A DNA stretch of 63,904 nucleotides, the filler included, from Collodictyon triciliatum (lineage: Eukaryota), in NCBI GenBank assembly GCA_043381765.1. It is 51 parts of 51 records of this genome, joined end to end, with 100 filler letters (N's around TTAATTAATTAA, not from the genome) between each part and the next. Parts side by side here need not be neighbours in the genome. Positions count along the whole stretch, not along the records: positions 1 to 1,160 come from JBHJMP010012038.1; positions 1,261 to 2,420 come from JBHJMP010012039.1; positions 2,521 to 3,680 come from JBHJMP010012040.1; positions 3,781 to 4,940 come from JBHJMP010012041.1; positions 5,041 to 6,200 come from JBHJMP010012042.1; positions 6,301 to 7,459 come from JBHJMP010012043.1; positions 7,560 to 8,718 come from JBHJMP010012044.1; positions 8,819 to 9,977 come from JBHJMP010012045.1; 43 more parts are not named here. One strand, given 5' to 3'. The notes under the pieces were generated by a model that was not told where the DNA came from, did not search any database, and saw only the letters and a list, made by a program, of their open reading frames with translations. Both the position numbers and the translations under genes were made by a program. This document shows positions 1 through 11,434 of this stretch, in pieces (within the stretch, counting starts at the first letter, position 1; every line of letters starts with the position of its first letter).

Positions 1-1160
1 TTTTTTTTTTGGTTACTATTTAGTTGGGTAGTATGAAATATGCATCATCATATGTGATGACAACGTTAGTGACTCGAGGAGCCTTTTCATGGTTGGCTTG
101 ATAGGACTTCGGGCTGCTCCAGGATAGAAGCAGTTGTTTCATACCCTTGCAGCAACGGGCGCAGGGGTTGCTTCCTTTCCTTTCTTTTCTTTAGGCGGAT
201 GGACGCTCGTTTTCCTTTTCCTGTTTCGCTCGTGTCCATTCCTTTATAGAAAAAAAAACGATATCAGAAACACGCCAGAAAATATGATGAAACAAGAGAA
301 TCGTTAAAAAAACAAACAAACAAGAGAAGCCGAGGAGTTGAATGAGAATAAAAAGGACTTTAGTGGAATCACGTGAATATCAGTATATTTCTCGACGCAC
401 CTTGCTTGCCTTGCTGATCCATCTCGCTCTCGGCTCGTTCTTCTTCTTGGGCGTCGCCTTTCTCGGTTGTTCGGTCGATTCTGCCTCGTGCTGATTAATC
501 TCACGCGTTCTTTCCGATCAGCAAATTCCATATATGTGACACAACCGATCGTGTGGAATCGTGTGGATCAACCGAAAATGCCGGCCTTTGTTTCTTTTTT
601 CTTGTTTGAGATCGTCGGCAAAGAACCAAAGAACCAAAGAAGCAAAGAAGCAAAGAAGCAAATAACCAAAGAACCATAGAGATATAGAAACATAGCTTAC
701 AGGAACCGTAAACTATTTTCTTCTCTGCGTCTCATTATTTCCCGCCTTCCCTGTTTTGCAAGGCCAGCATGGGGCAGCAACAATCGCACGAGAGCCTCCA
801 TTTGGAAGTTGTGAGTACTTTCAAGAATCCCAGGCTGCATCCCATCTTCGCTTGTTCTTCAAATCTAGGAGGAAACGGGACTTTTGTTTGCGCTGCAGTC
901 GGCCGTGGCGATCGGGTATGTACCTAGCCTCCTTGTCTCGGCAATCATCTGCACACTGTAATTTGGCATATGAGAGCTTCTGAGCTGATCTCCATTGCTT
1001 CCTCTATACTTGGTGTCAGATTCTCTAAAAATACCAAACATCCAAACATCCAAACATCCAAACATCCAAACATCCAAACATCCAAACATCCAAACATCCA
1101 AACATCCAAACATCAATCATCAATCGTACCGTCTTGATGGATATATCCAGTTTGCAAAAA

Positions 1161-1260
1161 NNNNNNNNNNNNNNNNNNNNNNNNNNNNNNNNNNNNNNNN
1201 NNNNTTAATTAATTAANNNNNNNNNNNNNNNNNNNNNNNNNNNNNNNNNNNNNNNNNNNN
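1161..1260. other. Artificial contig linker (first of 50; 44 N + TTAATTAATTAA + 44 N)
   Basis: Identical 100-bp spacer with stops in all six frames recurs about every 1.25 kb (1161, 2421, 3681 ... 62656). Contig lengths fall from about 1160 to about 1150 bp. Confidence 0.99.
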
Positions 1261-1527
1261 AAAAAAAGGAAAAAAAAGGGGAAAAAAAGGGAAAAAAAAA
1301 GGAAAAAAGAAGGAAAAAAAAGGGGAAAAAAGCGCGTTGGTTGGTTCGATTTTCAATATTTTAACACGATTTGGTGAGCGCGTCAAAAAAGTTTACTGTT
1401 ATCGAGGACTTTCTATTTGCTGCGGAATATCACGATAGTATGAAGAAGAAGACGAAAACACACACATTACGCTGCTTATCTTAATTCCACCGCAACAAGA
1501 TAGGCATTCGTGGAGAGATGAGTGAAC

Positions 1528-1960
1528 TTTTTTTTTTTTTATTCTTCCTTTCAATTTAGTGCGGAATGGTGGAGATGTTGACTTTGGTTCGCTAGCCATC
1601 ATTTGCATGGACGCTACTTGTTGGCAAGGTGGCGGAGGAGTAATCGGTAATCAGGAATTGCATCCTGCGGTTTGGCCTGTAGCCTGGGTCTTGTGCTTGG
1701 ATGAGAGATACAAGGCGAGGTTGAGTCTCTTTCTCAGCTTCTTTCCACATGTCTCTTCTCACGGGGTCGGAGTAATAGAGAACGTGCGGGTGGCGAAGGA
1801 AACTGTCGAGGAAAGAGATTTGTATGATGTCATCCAGTCTTTTTTTTTTTTTTTTTTTTTTTTTTCCCTTTTTTTTTTTTTTTTTTTTTTTTCCCCTTTA
1901 TTCGATTCAAAGATGATGTCATCCAGTCTATTATCAGGAATGGGTGGCTGGTTGTTGAGA
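1528..1960 (-). mobile_element. Non-LTR retrotransposon family B, 3' fragment with poly(A) tail
   Basis: Homologous to 44270-44605 and 59310-59624. Ends ...AAATTGAAAGGAAGAAT(A)13. Confidence 0.85.
1841..1912 (-). mobile_element. Family A micro-retroinsertion nested in a family B copy
   Basis: CTTTGAATCGAATAAAGGGG plus long A-tail, flanked by 17-bp TSD ATGATGTCATCCAGTCT (1824-1840 and 1913-1929). Confidence 0.9.
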
Positions 1961-2520
1961 GAGATGAATAAACATCTTCAAAGCGCGGGGTAAGGGTGCG
2001 GAACCAAACACAGAAGATGGTTAATGTTTGCTTGTTTATCGATTTCCCAACCATCTAACGCCATCAACAGAGCTGATGGTTAACAAAAGGGAAGGAAAAG
2101 TGGAGAGAGAAACTGGAAAGGGAAAATGAAAGGCTCATTTTGGAATAGCTTGCCTCAGAAGAGAAAAGAAAGAAAATGAATAATGCATCTGGTATCTCAA
2201 ACGCAGACCCTAGGTGTGAAAATCGACTTTATTTGAACTCCTTGGGTGTCCTTCACCGCGATTCTGCTGTGTTTGGCTGTCTCTAAGTCAAATAAGAACA
2301 CCTCTTTAGACGAGGTGAGCCCAATATGCCTTGAATACGCCAGGGGCCTTGTAGGCTGCATCTGTTCTGGTTTGGGCATTGAAAGGCGCCGAATTTGTTT
2401 GGTTTCTGGATGAATCATGCNNNNNNNNNNNNNNNNNNNNNNNNNNNNNNNNNNNNNNNNNNNNTTAATTAATTAANNNNNNNNNNNNNNNNNNNNNNNN
2501 NNNNNNNNNNNNNNNNNNNN

Positions 2521-2930
2521 ATTGTCCTTTGTTGCAACTGTGTTTTGGAGTCTGCACACAGTTTGGTGATGAGTTTCCACATCCCAATTAGCCAAAACCC
2601 TTTCGGCTGTATGAACATGTCCGTCCACCACTTCATGGTCAGTGATATTCATGCGGTTTTGGGTGTGATGAGTCCAACGCCTCCCTCTGTGGGTGGCTTA
2701 ATTAGTGTTTTGATTTTGTATTGCTGTCTCTTTGTTGTGATGAAGGTGCGGCATATACTCTCCAGTGTGTCGAGATACTTTTGTGGCAGGTGAGGGCCTT
2801 TCATGTTGTGGATGAGGGTCGATAGCATGAGTTGGTTCCAAAGCCTCACTTTTCGATGTCTGATAGATGGAACCTTTTCCTTAACGGATTTCTTGAATGA
2901 TTCACACGTACGACTACTACTGTTTTCAAA
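2521..2930 (-). pseudogene. L1/Tx1-clade ORF2 fragment (post-RT thumb region), with in-frame stop
   Basis: ...KTLIKPPTEGGVGLITPKTA*ISLTMKWW... matches the LxxPxxxGGLGL...ALxxKW signature that follows L1-type RTs. Confidence 0.7.
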
Positions 2931-3169
2931 CAATTGAACACCAACGCGTCAACCACCCAGAGAAAAGCACAATAAACTGCGCTTTGGAAATTTCAAACGA
3001 GCAAACAACTCCGGAATTTACGAGCGAGTAGGAAATGCAAGTGTAAAACCATAAAACTGTCATTCCTAAAACATAATAAACACTAAAATGCTGCATAAAG
3101 TTTAAACGGTGCTTTCATTTGCGGTTGGCTTCGGAATTGAGTTCGCCAGCTTCTCGCTTCGGTTGCTGC

Positions 3170-3539
3170 GCCCGATGCTTTCATCGAGGAGGTACTTCTG
3201 CCACTCAGGCCACCCCGTCCACAACATACGTCACAATGTCTCGGTCGATGAGTGGGTTCAGTGTCCAGCTGAGAAGTCCGTGGAATTGTGACGCCGATGC
3301 TGTGTCAAACTTGTTCCCCCATACCTGTGGTCATCATATTTGCACCGTTCAATCTATTCTGCATAACCAGCTCTTTCTTTCATTGATGTGTAGTCGCTCA
3401 TCACCATCGACTTATCACCGCAAAAAACATGATTTCTCATTCTGCTTTTACCTTCAAGCAGTACAGCGTTTTGTTTGTTGAGTCCGTTAGCCAGTGCACT
3501 GAGGCCCGCACCAGATATGCTGTTGCTTGTGAGGTTCAA
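3170..3539 (-). pseudogene. LRRC34-like RNI-type LRR protein, C-terminal exons, disrupted
   Basis: LNLTSNSISGAGLSALANGL, then a frameshift, NKTLYCLK|VWGNKFD...DIVTYVVDGVA*VAEV across a GT-AG intron. Resembles the LRRC34 C-terminus (WGNKFD...VVDG..xAEV). Confidence 0.6.
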
Positions 3540-3793
3540 CCTGCCGTGCGATTTTCGAGTAAAGACCGTCCATCAATCACAGGACACACGAAGGAAAGAA
3601 AATGAAACGAAAAGGAAAGAGAAAAAAAAATGAAAAATGAAAAATGAAAAATGAAAAATGAAAAATGAAAAATGAAAAATNNNNNNNNNNNNNNNNNNNN
3701 NNNNNNNNNNNNNNNNNNNNNNNNTTAATTAATTAANNNNNNNNNNNNNNNNNNNNNNNNNNNNNNNNNNNNNNNNNNNNTTCATTTCATTTT

Positions 3794-3907
<114 letters not shown>

Positions 3908-3927
3908 TTTATTACTACGATGGCAAG

Positions 3928-3952
3928 CCTTTGAATCGAATAAAGGAAAAAA
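3928..3952 (+). mobile_element. Family A micro-retroinsertion (25 bp)
   Basis: CCTTTGAATCGAATAAAGGAAAAAA flanked by a perfect 17-bp TSD ATTACTACGATGGCAAG (3911-3927 and 3953-3969). Confidence 0.92.
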
Positions 3953-4117
3953 ATTACTACGATGGCAAGTAAAGCGTGAAAGATGGGAAGAGAAATAATT
4001 GCTTTTTTATGTGAATAAGTCAAGGTACGAATAGACAAGGAATTAGAGGTTATACACGCGAAAACAACCAAATACGTATGATTTAATCTTAACTGAAATA
4101 TGAATTTACCTTTTTAC

Positions 4118-4804
4118 TTTTGTTGTGGCATATTCCACTATTTTACCCACGTTCAATCCAGCATTGGCGCGAGTAAACAAAACTGGTATATCCTTTTGGG
4201 AATAGTAGTCTTTCACTTTCTATATTATTTTATGAAGAAAGTGAGGAATAAAATGATTCAGTTTTATACTTCAGCGAAATGTGGATTGTTTTAGTTTTTA
4301 TTTTAGTTATGAAAAAATTAGCGAGAATTGTATCTACATAAACAATTAATATAATTTATACGAAAAATCAAGATAAAACACCTTTTGATAGAGTGGGTTA
4401 GCCAAGTCCACCTTGTTTAAAACCACTAATCGCTTCTTATTTTGAATGCTGTTTTCTAATTGAGTTCGCACGGATGTAAACGGTATCTATTTTTGTAATA
4501 TCATCACCATTTAGAATGGGAAAAAATGCGTTGGAGATTGGGAGTATGGCATGATTTTCGGTGGTAGATATTTGTACATATCTACCAACTACGATGCTTT
4601 CAAAATGAGACCATCCCGATAAAACACCAATTAAACATCAGGAATGGGAACTTTATACAGAAATGCTGTATTTCATTATTCCATAGGCGAGTTGATAGAC
4701 AATTATTCTATCTTACCCGAGCATCAGCGACTTGAATGATAAGGTCCGAGCGCTTTAGCTGCAACAGTAGTTCATCGGTGGCGGATTTCATATGTCCTGG
4801 GTAC
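4118..4804 (-). CDS. MTG1: RbgA/YlqF-family ribosome biogenesis GTPase (mitochondrial MTG1-like), 3 internal exons
   Basis: Exons 4804-4717, 4486-4382 and 4219-4118 with GT-AG boundaries give YPGHMKSATDELLLQLKRSDLIIQVADAR|IPFTS...KRLVVLNKVDLA. Confidence 0.85.
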
Positions 4805-4838
4805 CTGAGGTATTTAGGAGATATCATCCTCAATAACA

Positions 4839-4940
<102 letters not shown>

Positions 4941-5257
4941 NNNNNNNNNNNNNNNNNNNNNNNNNNNNNNNNNNNNNNNNNNNNTTAATTAATTAANNNN
5001 NNNNNNNNNNNNNNNNNNNNNNNNNNNNNNNNNNNNNNNNAGAAAAGAAAAGAAAAGAAAAGAAAAGAAAAGAAAAGAAAAGAAAAGAAAAGAAAAGAAA
5101 AGAAAAGAAAAGAAAAGAAAAGAAAAGAAAAGAAAAAGAGAATCATATTCGAGGTTAATATTCAAAATTATCATCTGTTAAAGAACAGTATTTGCTATAA
5201 ACAGAACACCTGTATTGTCCATCAGCTGAAATTTAAATTTTGATGGGACAGATGTAC

Positions 5258-5896
5258 CTAGCAGCATTGATTGTCTCGATGCCTGATAGAGGCTTCACAA
5301 CAAAATTGGTTCCAGATATCTGCATTAAACATTCAATCTAGGAAATACATATTATCTTTGGTGAATAAATCACTTTGAATCGAATAAAGAAAATTTTTTT
5401 TAGTGAATATACGAAATCAATTAATCGGTTATTATTATCATTATATAAGAATGATAGTAAATGGAATGCATCGAGAAATCCTTGTTTATAGCAGTCGTCA
5501 ACCTTACATAATTTTTCTGGTGATTGGTACCTGGGTGATTGATATCAAATTTAAGACTCCTTCGCTGATAAACACAGTGATAGGGAGTCCAAGAAACTTG
5601 TGGGCAGTTATACCCAAGACAAGGATCGAGTTTGCAATTTTGTGACTGGGGCCTGTTTCAAAGAGGACAAGAACAACTCCATCCACAAGGTCGATACTAT
5701 CAACTCCCAACATGGACTAGATGAAATATTCACCTCTCAAGTTTAGAAGCACATTCAGATTATGGGTTATGTGATGCCAGAGGATGATATATAAACACAA
5801 AGCCAAAAGTAAATGCAGGAGCGCGCAAACCTTCTGCTGAAGAAAGTTTGATAGAACAATGCTGAGATACATGCGAGTCCCCATGTCTCCAGCTTC
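5258..5896 (-). CDS. Hypothetical protein, 3 putative exons
   Basis: Phase-compatible GT-AG exons: EAGDMGTRMYLSIVLSNFLQQK|SMLGVDSIDL...ISITQ|ISGTNFVVKPLSGIETINAA. No family recognised. Confidence 0.45.
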
Positions 5897-6302
5897 CTAA
5901 CACACGGTGAATTATTTGATTGTTAACTTCCATATCCAGTTCGTAAACACATACACAAGATATGTGCTCATATCGATCTTAATACACACGATAATCCAAA
6001 GACTAAGCTCAAGGTATAAATGAAAGACACAAGAAAAAGGGAAAAAAAAAGGGAAAAAAAAAGGGAAAAAATAAAAGGGAAAAAGAAGAAAAAAACCATT
6101 TACAAAATAAAGATACAAAATAAAGATACAAAATAAAGATACAAAATAAAGATACAAAATAAAGATACAAAATAAAGATACAAAATAAAGATACAAAATA
6201 NNNNNNNNNNNNNNNNNNNNNNNNNNNNNNNNNNNNNNNNNNNNTTAATTAATTAANNNNNNNNNNNNNNNNNNNNNNNNNNNNNNNNNNNNNNNNNNNN
6301 GA

Positions 6303-6394
<92 letters not shown>

Positions 6395-6418
6395 AGGAAT
6401 GTTTCATGAATCCAATAC

Positions 6419-7318
6419 ATCTGGCCCGGTGAGTCTAGCAATTAAATTAAAGCTGTGATCCGCGTCTATCGCTACATAAACTTTGGCCATCATCTCCGAA
6501 GGCTATTATATACAGCAATTATGTTTATAATGCTAGAAAGAACACCAAAAAATCAATTAGGGATGATTTCTTTAGTGCACAAATTCATAAGGCATCTAAA
6601 GAAAAGAAAACATAAATCTGCAGCATACCTTGGTAGTTTGTGGAAATGGAGTTCGCACTGTGTTATAAGGTGGGTAGGGCTGCATTTCATGTTTTGTAGG
6701 GACGAAGTATGGAGAATCCTGGTTCATGATTCGTTGTACCATTTCGACAGCCTTCAAGACATTCTCTTTTACATCAGAAGAAATGTGTAGATAGAGAGGT
6801 CGGTCGGTCATAGGCGTTGTGTCTCCAGGTGCTCGATAACGTCCTCGCACGACGATGGCGGCACCAGATTCTTTCTGGATCTACACATGAAATGCAAGTT
6901 TATATTAAACGACGAATTGTTTGTTTGTTTGATAGATTATTTTTTTAGGAAAGAAAAAAGATAGATATAAATGGTGACAGAAAGTTTCCCTCGCTGGTCT
7001 GAAATATCTAACCTCCAAATGTGTAGTGTTCTTAGTCAAATGTATTCTATTCTTTGAGTTGTTGATATCTATTTCTCGAACATGGCTGAGCGGACTCTTT
7101 GGATAGATGATGACGAATGTAAATGGATTTGTTACAGACTAAGCCACGTTAAATACAAAAATACACGCAATAAATGAATAAATAATAATATAGCAAAGAA
7201 AATTGGCTGTGGCAATGATAAAAATCCAAGCATGAACATACGAACAGTGAACAACACAAGAGCATAATAAATATGAAAATAAATTGAAATGATATTGACT
7301 ACAAACATAACGACAACC

Positions 7319-7410
<92 letters not shown>

Positions 7411-7459
7411 CCGCAGCCGGAGGTGATGCCATTGAGCCCATCTGAGCGGCGATTTCCTG
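6419..7459 (-). CDS. KHDC4: KH-domain RNA-binding protein KHDC4/BLOM7-like, 4 exons
   Basis: Exons 7459-7412, ~7096-7013, 6880-6629 and 6502-6419: REIDINNSKNRIHLTK...SGAAIVVRGRY...DRPLYLHIS...KVYVAIDADHSFNLIARLTGPD. Confidence 0.85.
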
Positions 7460-7559
7460 NNNNNNNNNNNNNNNNNNNNNNNNNNNNNNNNNNNNNNNNN
7501 NNNTTAATTAATTAANNNNNNNNNNNNNNNNNNNNNNNNNNNNNNNNNNNNNNNNNNNN

Positions 7560-7651
<92 letters not shown>

Positions 7652-8862
7652 GCATTTTTTTTTAAAAAGAATCACATGATAGGCGTAGTGATTGTCATTC
7701 ATGAAAGAAAACCATTAGCAGTTTTTGTTATAGCAAAGGTCTATACATCGATTCTTATTTTTTTGATTATAGAAAGTTGTCTTTTAACAATACAAAAATG
7801 ATTGAATGAGAAACAATGGGAGCCAAAGAATGGTGGAAGGCGATAAAAGAAGGTCATCAGATCAAGGTAACAATCAGGAAACGAGACCGACTGACCAGAA
7901 GTAATCTAGTAATAGCGTAATGAGGTTGAAGACAGCTTAATGGAACAAACAAGGCTGAGTGCACAATACATATTGTTGTAAGAAAAAGGGAAAAATATGA
8001 CCTGTAAAAAATGAAGACATAAATACACGAAAATAAAGAGATGAGTTTTTGATTATGAAAAAAATTGTGCTTTATGTGCAATCGTTATGGATATAATTTA
8101 CGCGAATAATAGTGCGGGGCTCTTTCTCTGGGGATAAGATCCACTTTACAGCTCATATTACTACAAGATTATCAGGCAGGAAAGCGATGCTTGCTCTGAT
8201 TGAACAAAAACATATCCTGTTACTATTGTAAGCAATAATAAGACAAAATAAACAAGAGTGGCAAGTGGATAGAGGACAACCTTGATATGTACCGTTCAAA
8301 TGAAGCAGCAAGACCAATACACAACTAATAATCTTTAAGCATCAAGGGCGTGTGCAACAACACCAATCTGTTATCTATGCATTACCAAAATAGTATTCAT
8401 AGTCCAATAAGATACTTCAAACGATTTATTATTCTGAGAGACTTAAGCATAGTACTTAAGTTTTTTTGGAAAAGGTTAACGTGGAAGCAAATTTGTGGGA
8501 TATCAAAGACAATGAGGAAAGAAAACTTTGCTTTTGTGAGTGTAGATATTGTGGTTCGTATTAAAGAAAAAAAAGAGTCGAAAATAAAAAATAACGAATG
8601 TGACATAGAGAAATGAAATTAATCTCATAAGAGACAGAGAAACACATAAACAGGGATGCAAATAATTTTCAATTAAATGAACGGGTTTACCTCTTCATGA
8701 AATATGTCACTAAATGTANNNNNNNNNNNNNNNNNNNNNNNNNNNNNNNNNNNNNNNNNNNNTTAATTAATTAANNNNNNNNNNNNNNNNNNNNNNNNNN
8801 NNNNNNNNNNNNNNNNNNACCGAATCGTGAGTACAACCACCTACTAATAAGACGGAGCGAGC

Positions 8863-8905
8863 TCTTTGAAACGAATAAATAATAATGATAATAATGATAA
8901 TAATG

Positions 8906-8964
<59 letters not shown>

Positions 8965-8970
8965 GGGGAA
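8863..8970 (+). mobile_element. Family A-like copy with internal (TAA)n expansion
   Basis: TCTTTGAAACGAATAAA-(TAA/TGA)n-AGGGGAA. The A core is split by a triplet microsatellite. Confidence 0.55.
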
Positions 8971-9079
8971 TAAGAAACCGATCGAGCCCAAGCCATCGAC
9001 TCACGTGCAACAAGATCAGTATGAATATAGTGTTCAGTATTAGTTGCTCTGATTCATTCATCGGGTTTTCTTTTTTTTT

Positions 9080-9977
9080 TCTTTCCTTTCTCTTCGGTCT
9101 CATTCAGCCTGTAAACGGATAAACCTCATAATAAAATGTTGTGACGAACTTGGTTTTATCCCTTTCAAGGCACAACACTTTTTATACAACGAAAGTGAAA
9201 CCATACATGTAGCTGTTTTTTGCACAGACAACCATCGAATTAAATCTGGATTGACAAAAGCAGGAGCTTGATGAATCCAAGAAACAACCTGAAAAATATA
9301 ATAGAATGATTAGTTTATATATTTAGTAAGATTAAAAATACTTAATAATCTCATTCTATTCCTATAATCAATTTATACTTTATTTTTCATTGATGTATGT
9401 ACTATCATAAGAATTCAAAAGTGACAAACAAGCCCTTGTCTTGGCCCAGACAGAACCCACCTTATAAACCTGCCACCAAACACGCATTCCAAAAAAGCAT
9501 ACTGTCCACACTTGCGGCGGTAATCATGTTGTTTGGGGCCGATATGTTGACTTTCAGCCGCAATAGATATACGGCCGTCCTTTCGAACCCGCCGAATCGG
9601 CTCTCATCCTTTCGTCTCAATTCTCTTGTATAAAAAACTTTGTGTGTTTGTTTGCCAAAATGTGCATATTTTGAGAGTCTTGGTAGATGCTTAATTTTAC
9701 ATAAATTGATTTTATGCAGTAATATATATTGACTAATTGACTAAAGTTTTATTAAAATTGAAAAATCGGTAGTTTTCAAAAGGAAAAAGTAAAACAAAGA
9801 CTTTCACATGAAGAAAAGAAAACGTCTTGAGTTTGAGAATATAAAGCCTGTAAAACCACACTATGGAAATGTGAAAACATCTCTAAAGTTGATTGTAAAG
9901 AATGCATATGACTATGACAAAACCAACAATACGGTTTTATTGTGTCATAATTTGGTTACAGACACTTATCTGTTTGC
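9080..9977 (+). mobile_element. Fanzor1-like element copy 1 (upstream module plus Fanzor N-terminus 9808-9977)
   Basis: Co-linear homology with 47995-48896 and 18420-18778. ORF MKKRKRLEF...NVKTSLKLIVKN...NNTVLLCHNLVTDTYLF. Confidence 0.75.
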
Positions 9978-10320
9978 NNNNNNNNNNNNNNNNNNNNNNN
10001 NNNNNNNNNNNNNNNNNNNNNTTAATTAATTAANNNNNNNNNNNNNNNNNNNNNNNNNNNNNNNNNNNNNNNNNNNNGGTTCTACTTTTAACAGAAAATA
10101 GTTCAATCTACGATGATTCCATGTTTCAAGCAAAAACTAACAGCATATGCAATTGAACGCAATATTTCAAAAAAAATAATGATATTGAAAGGAAAGGTGG
10201 TATGCTTTAATTGTTAAATATATTCAAATACAACATTATGCATAAAATGATGCAAGAAAGAAACCTGTCATATTTGTCCAGTAATCATATGTATGGTCGA
10301 CTATGGCATACCTTCTCACG

Positions 10321-10366
10321 CATCTCCACTATCCTGCACAAAATTGAAAGGAAGAATAAAAAAAAA
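10321..10366 (+). mobile_element. Family B micro-retroinsertion (46 bp)
   Basis: CATCTCCACTATCCTGCACAAAATTGAAAGGAAGAAT(A)n with a perfect 18-bp TSD ATGGCATACCTTCTCACG (10303-10320 and 10367-10384). Confidence 0.92.
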
Positions 10367-11334
10367 ATGGCATACCTTCTCACGACATCATCAGGCTTGT
10401 CATTTAATATTAACAAATATAATGAACAATTATCATGTGTTTATATACCTGGCATTTAGGACATACATATAAGATAAAAAAAAGAAGGTTATGCGTCTTC
10501 TATTGCATCTAATATTATCTATTGAAGTGTTTCTCAATCCATCCGTATCATTTTTTCATACCCTCCACCTATAATTCTGGTAACTAAAAAGCATTACACT
10601 ATTTTGTTTTTTGTTTTTTTTTGTTTTATTTCCTTATCATCTGCGACTATAACTTTTGATACATAGCCAAGCAGTGGAAGCAAAACAAAAAAAAACCCCC
10701 TTTCGTTCGTGCGATTTCTGCTCATCAATTAAAAAAAAAAGGAAAGACTGCTCAAGTGTGTTTTGCTTGTGTTAAGAATGCTCATATCCACCCTCCTTCT
10801 CGCGTTTATGTTGATTATTATAGGCTTTTCTGTCGACCTGCTTCGACCTTTGTGTAGTTGTGTAAGCGGTGTTGTGCGACTGTACCCCTGAAGCTGAACA
10901 CCGCTGAGGTGATTGCCTATGCGTTGTTTGTCATGTATAATTGTTTTGAGACATTCTCCCGCTATGACAGACTAGCAAATATACAACTATGTGGATCGAC
11001 CTTGCCTACAGTTTCCTCACACAACACAACACAACACATGAACAAAAATATGACTCACAGAAAAGAAACATGTCGTCTTTGTTGTTTTCTATTTTCTTTC
11101 TGTTTTTATTTATTGTTTTTTATTGTTTTTTTATTGTTTTTTATTGTTTTTTTATTGTTTTTTATTGTTTTTTTATTGTTTTTTTATTGTTTTTTTATTG
11201 TTTTTTTATTGTTTTTTTATTGTTTTTTTATTGTNNNNNNNNNNNNNNNNNNNNNNNNNNNNNNNNNNNNNNNNNNNNTTAATTAATTAANNNNNNNNNN
11301 NNNNNNNNNNNNNNNNNNNNNNNNNNNNNNNNNN

Positions 11335-11434
<100 letters not shown>

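Noticed and set aside
1205-1216. TTAATTAATTAA recurring at regular ~1.25-kb spacing
   Set aside because: It is an assembly linker flanked by Ns, not biology.
1895-1912. TTCGATTC in family A as a tRNA/Pol III B-box
   Set aside because: It lacks the leading G of GTTCRA, lies antisense to the A-tail, and has no A-box or cloverleaf.
1559-1993. 144-aa ORF (and the 135-aa ORF at 44273-44680) as a conserved gene
   Set aside because: These are antisense shadows of the family B LINE ORF2 C-terminus.
3200-3210. Stop-codon reassignment suggested by in-frame TGA/TAA
   Set aside because: Conserved genes have no internal stops and end normally (REX4 TAA, pyrK TAG, ADH TAA). Internal stops occur mainly in relics that also carry frameshifts.
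9440-9525. F-box-like LPPQVWTVCFFG on the minus strand of the Fanzor upstream module
   Set aside because: It is preceded by shared stops, and differences between copies fall at second codon positions in that frame.
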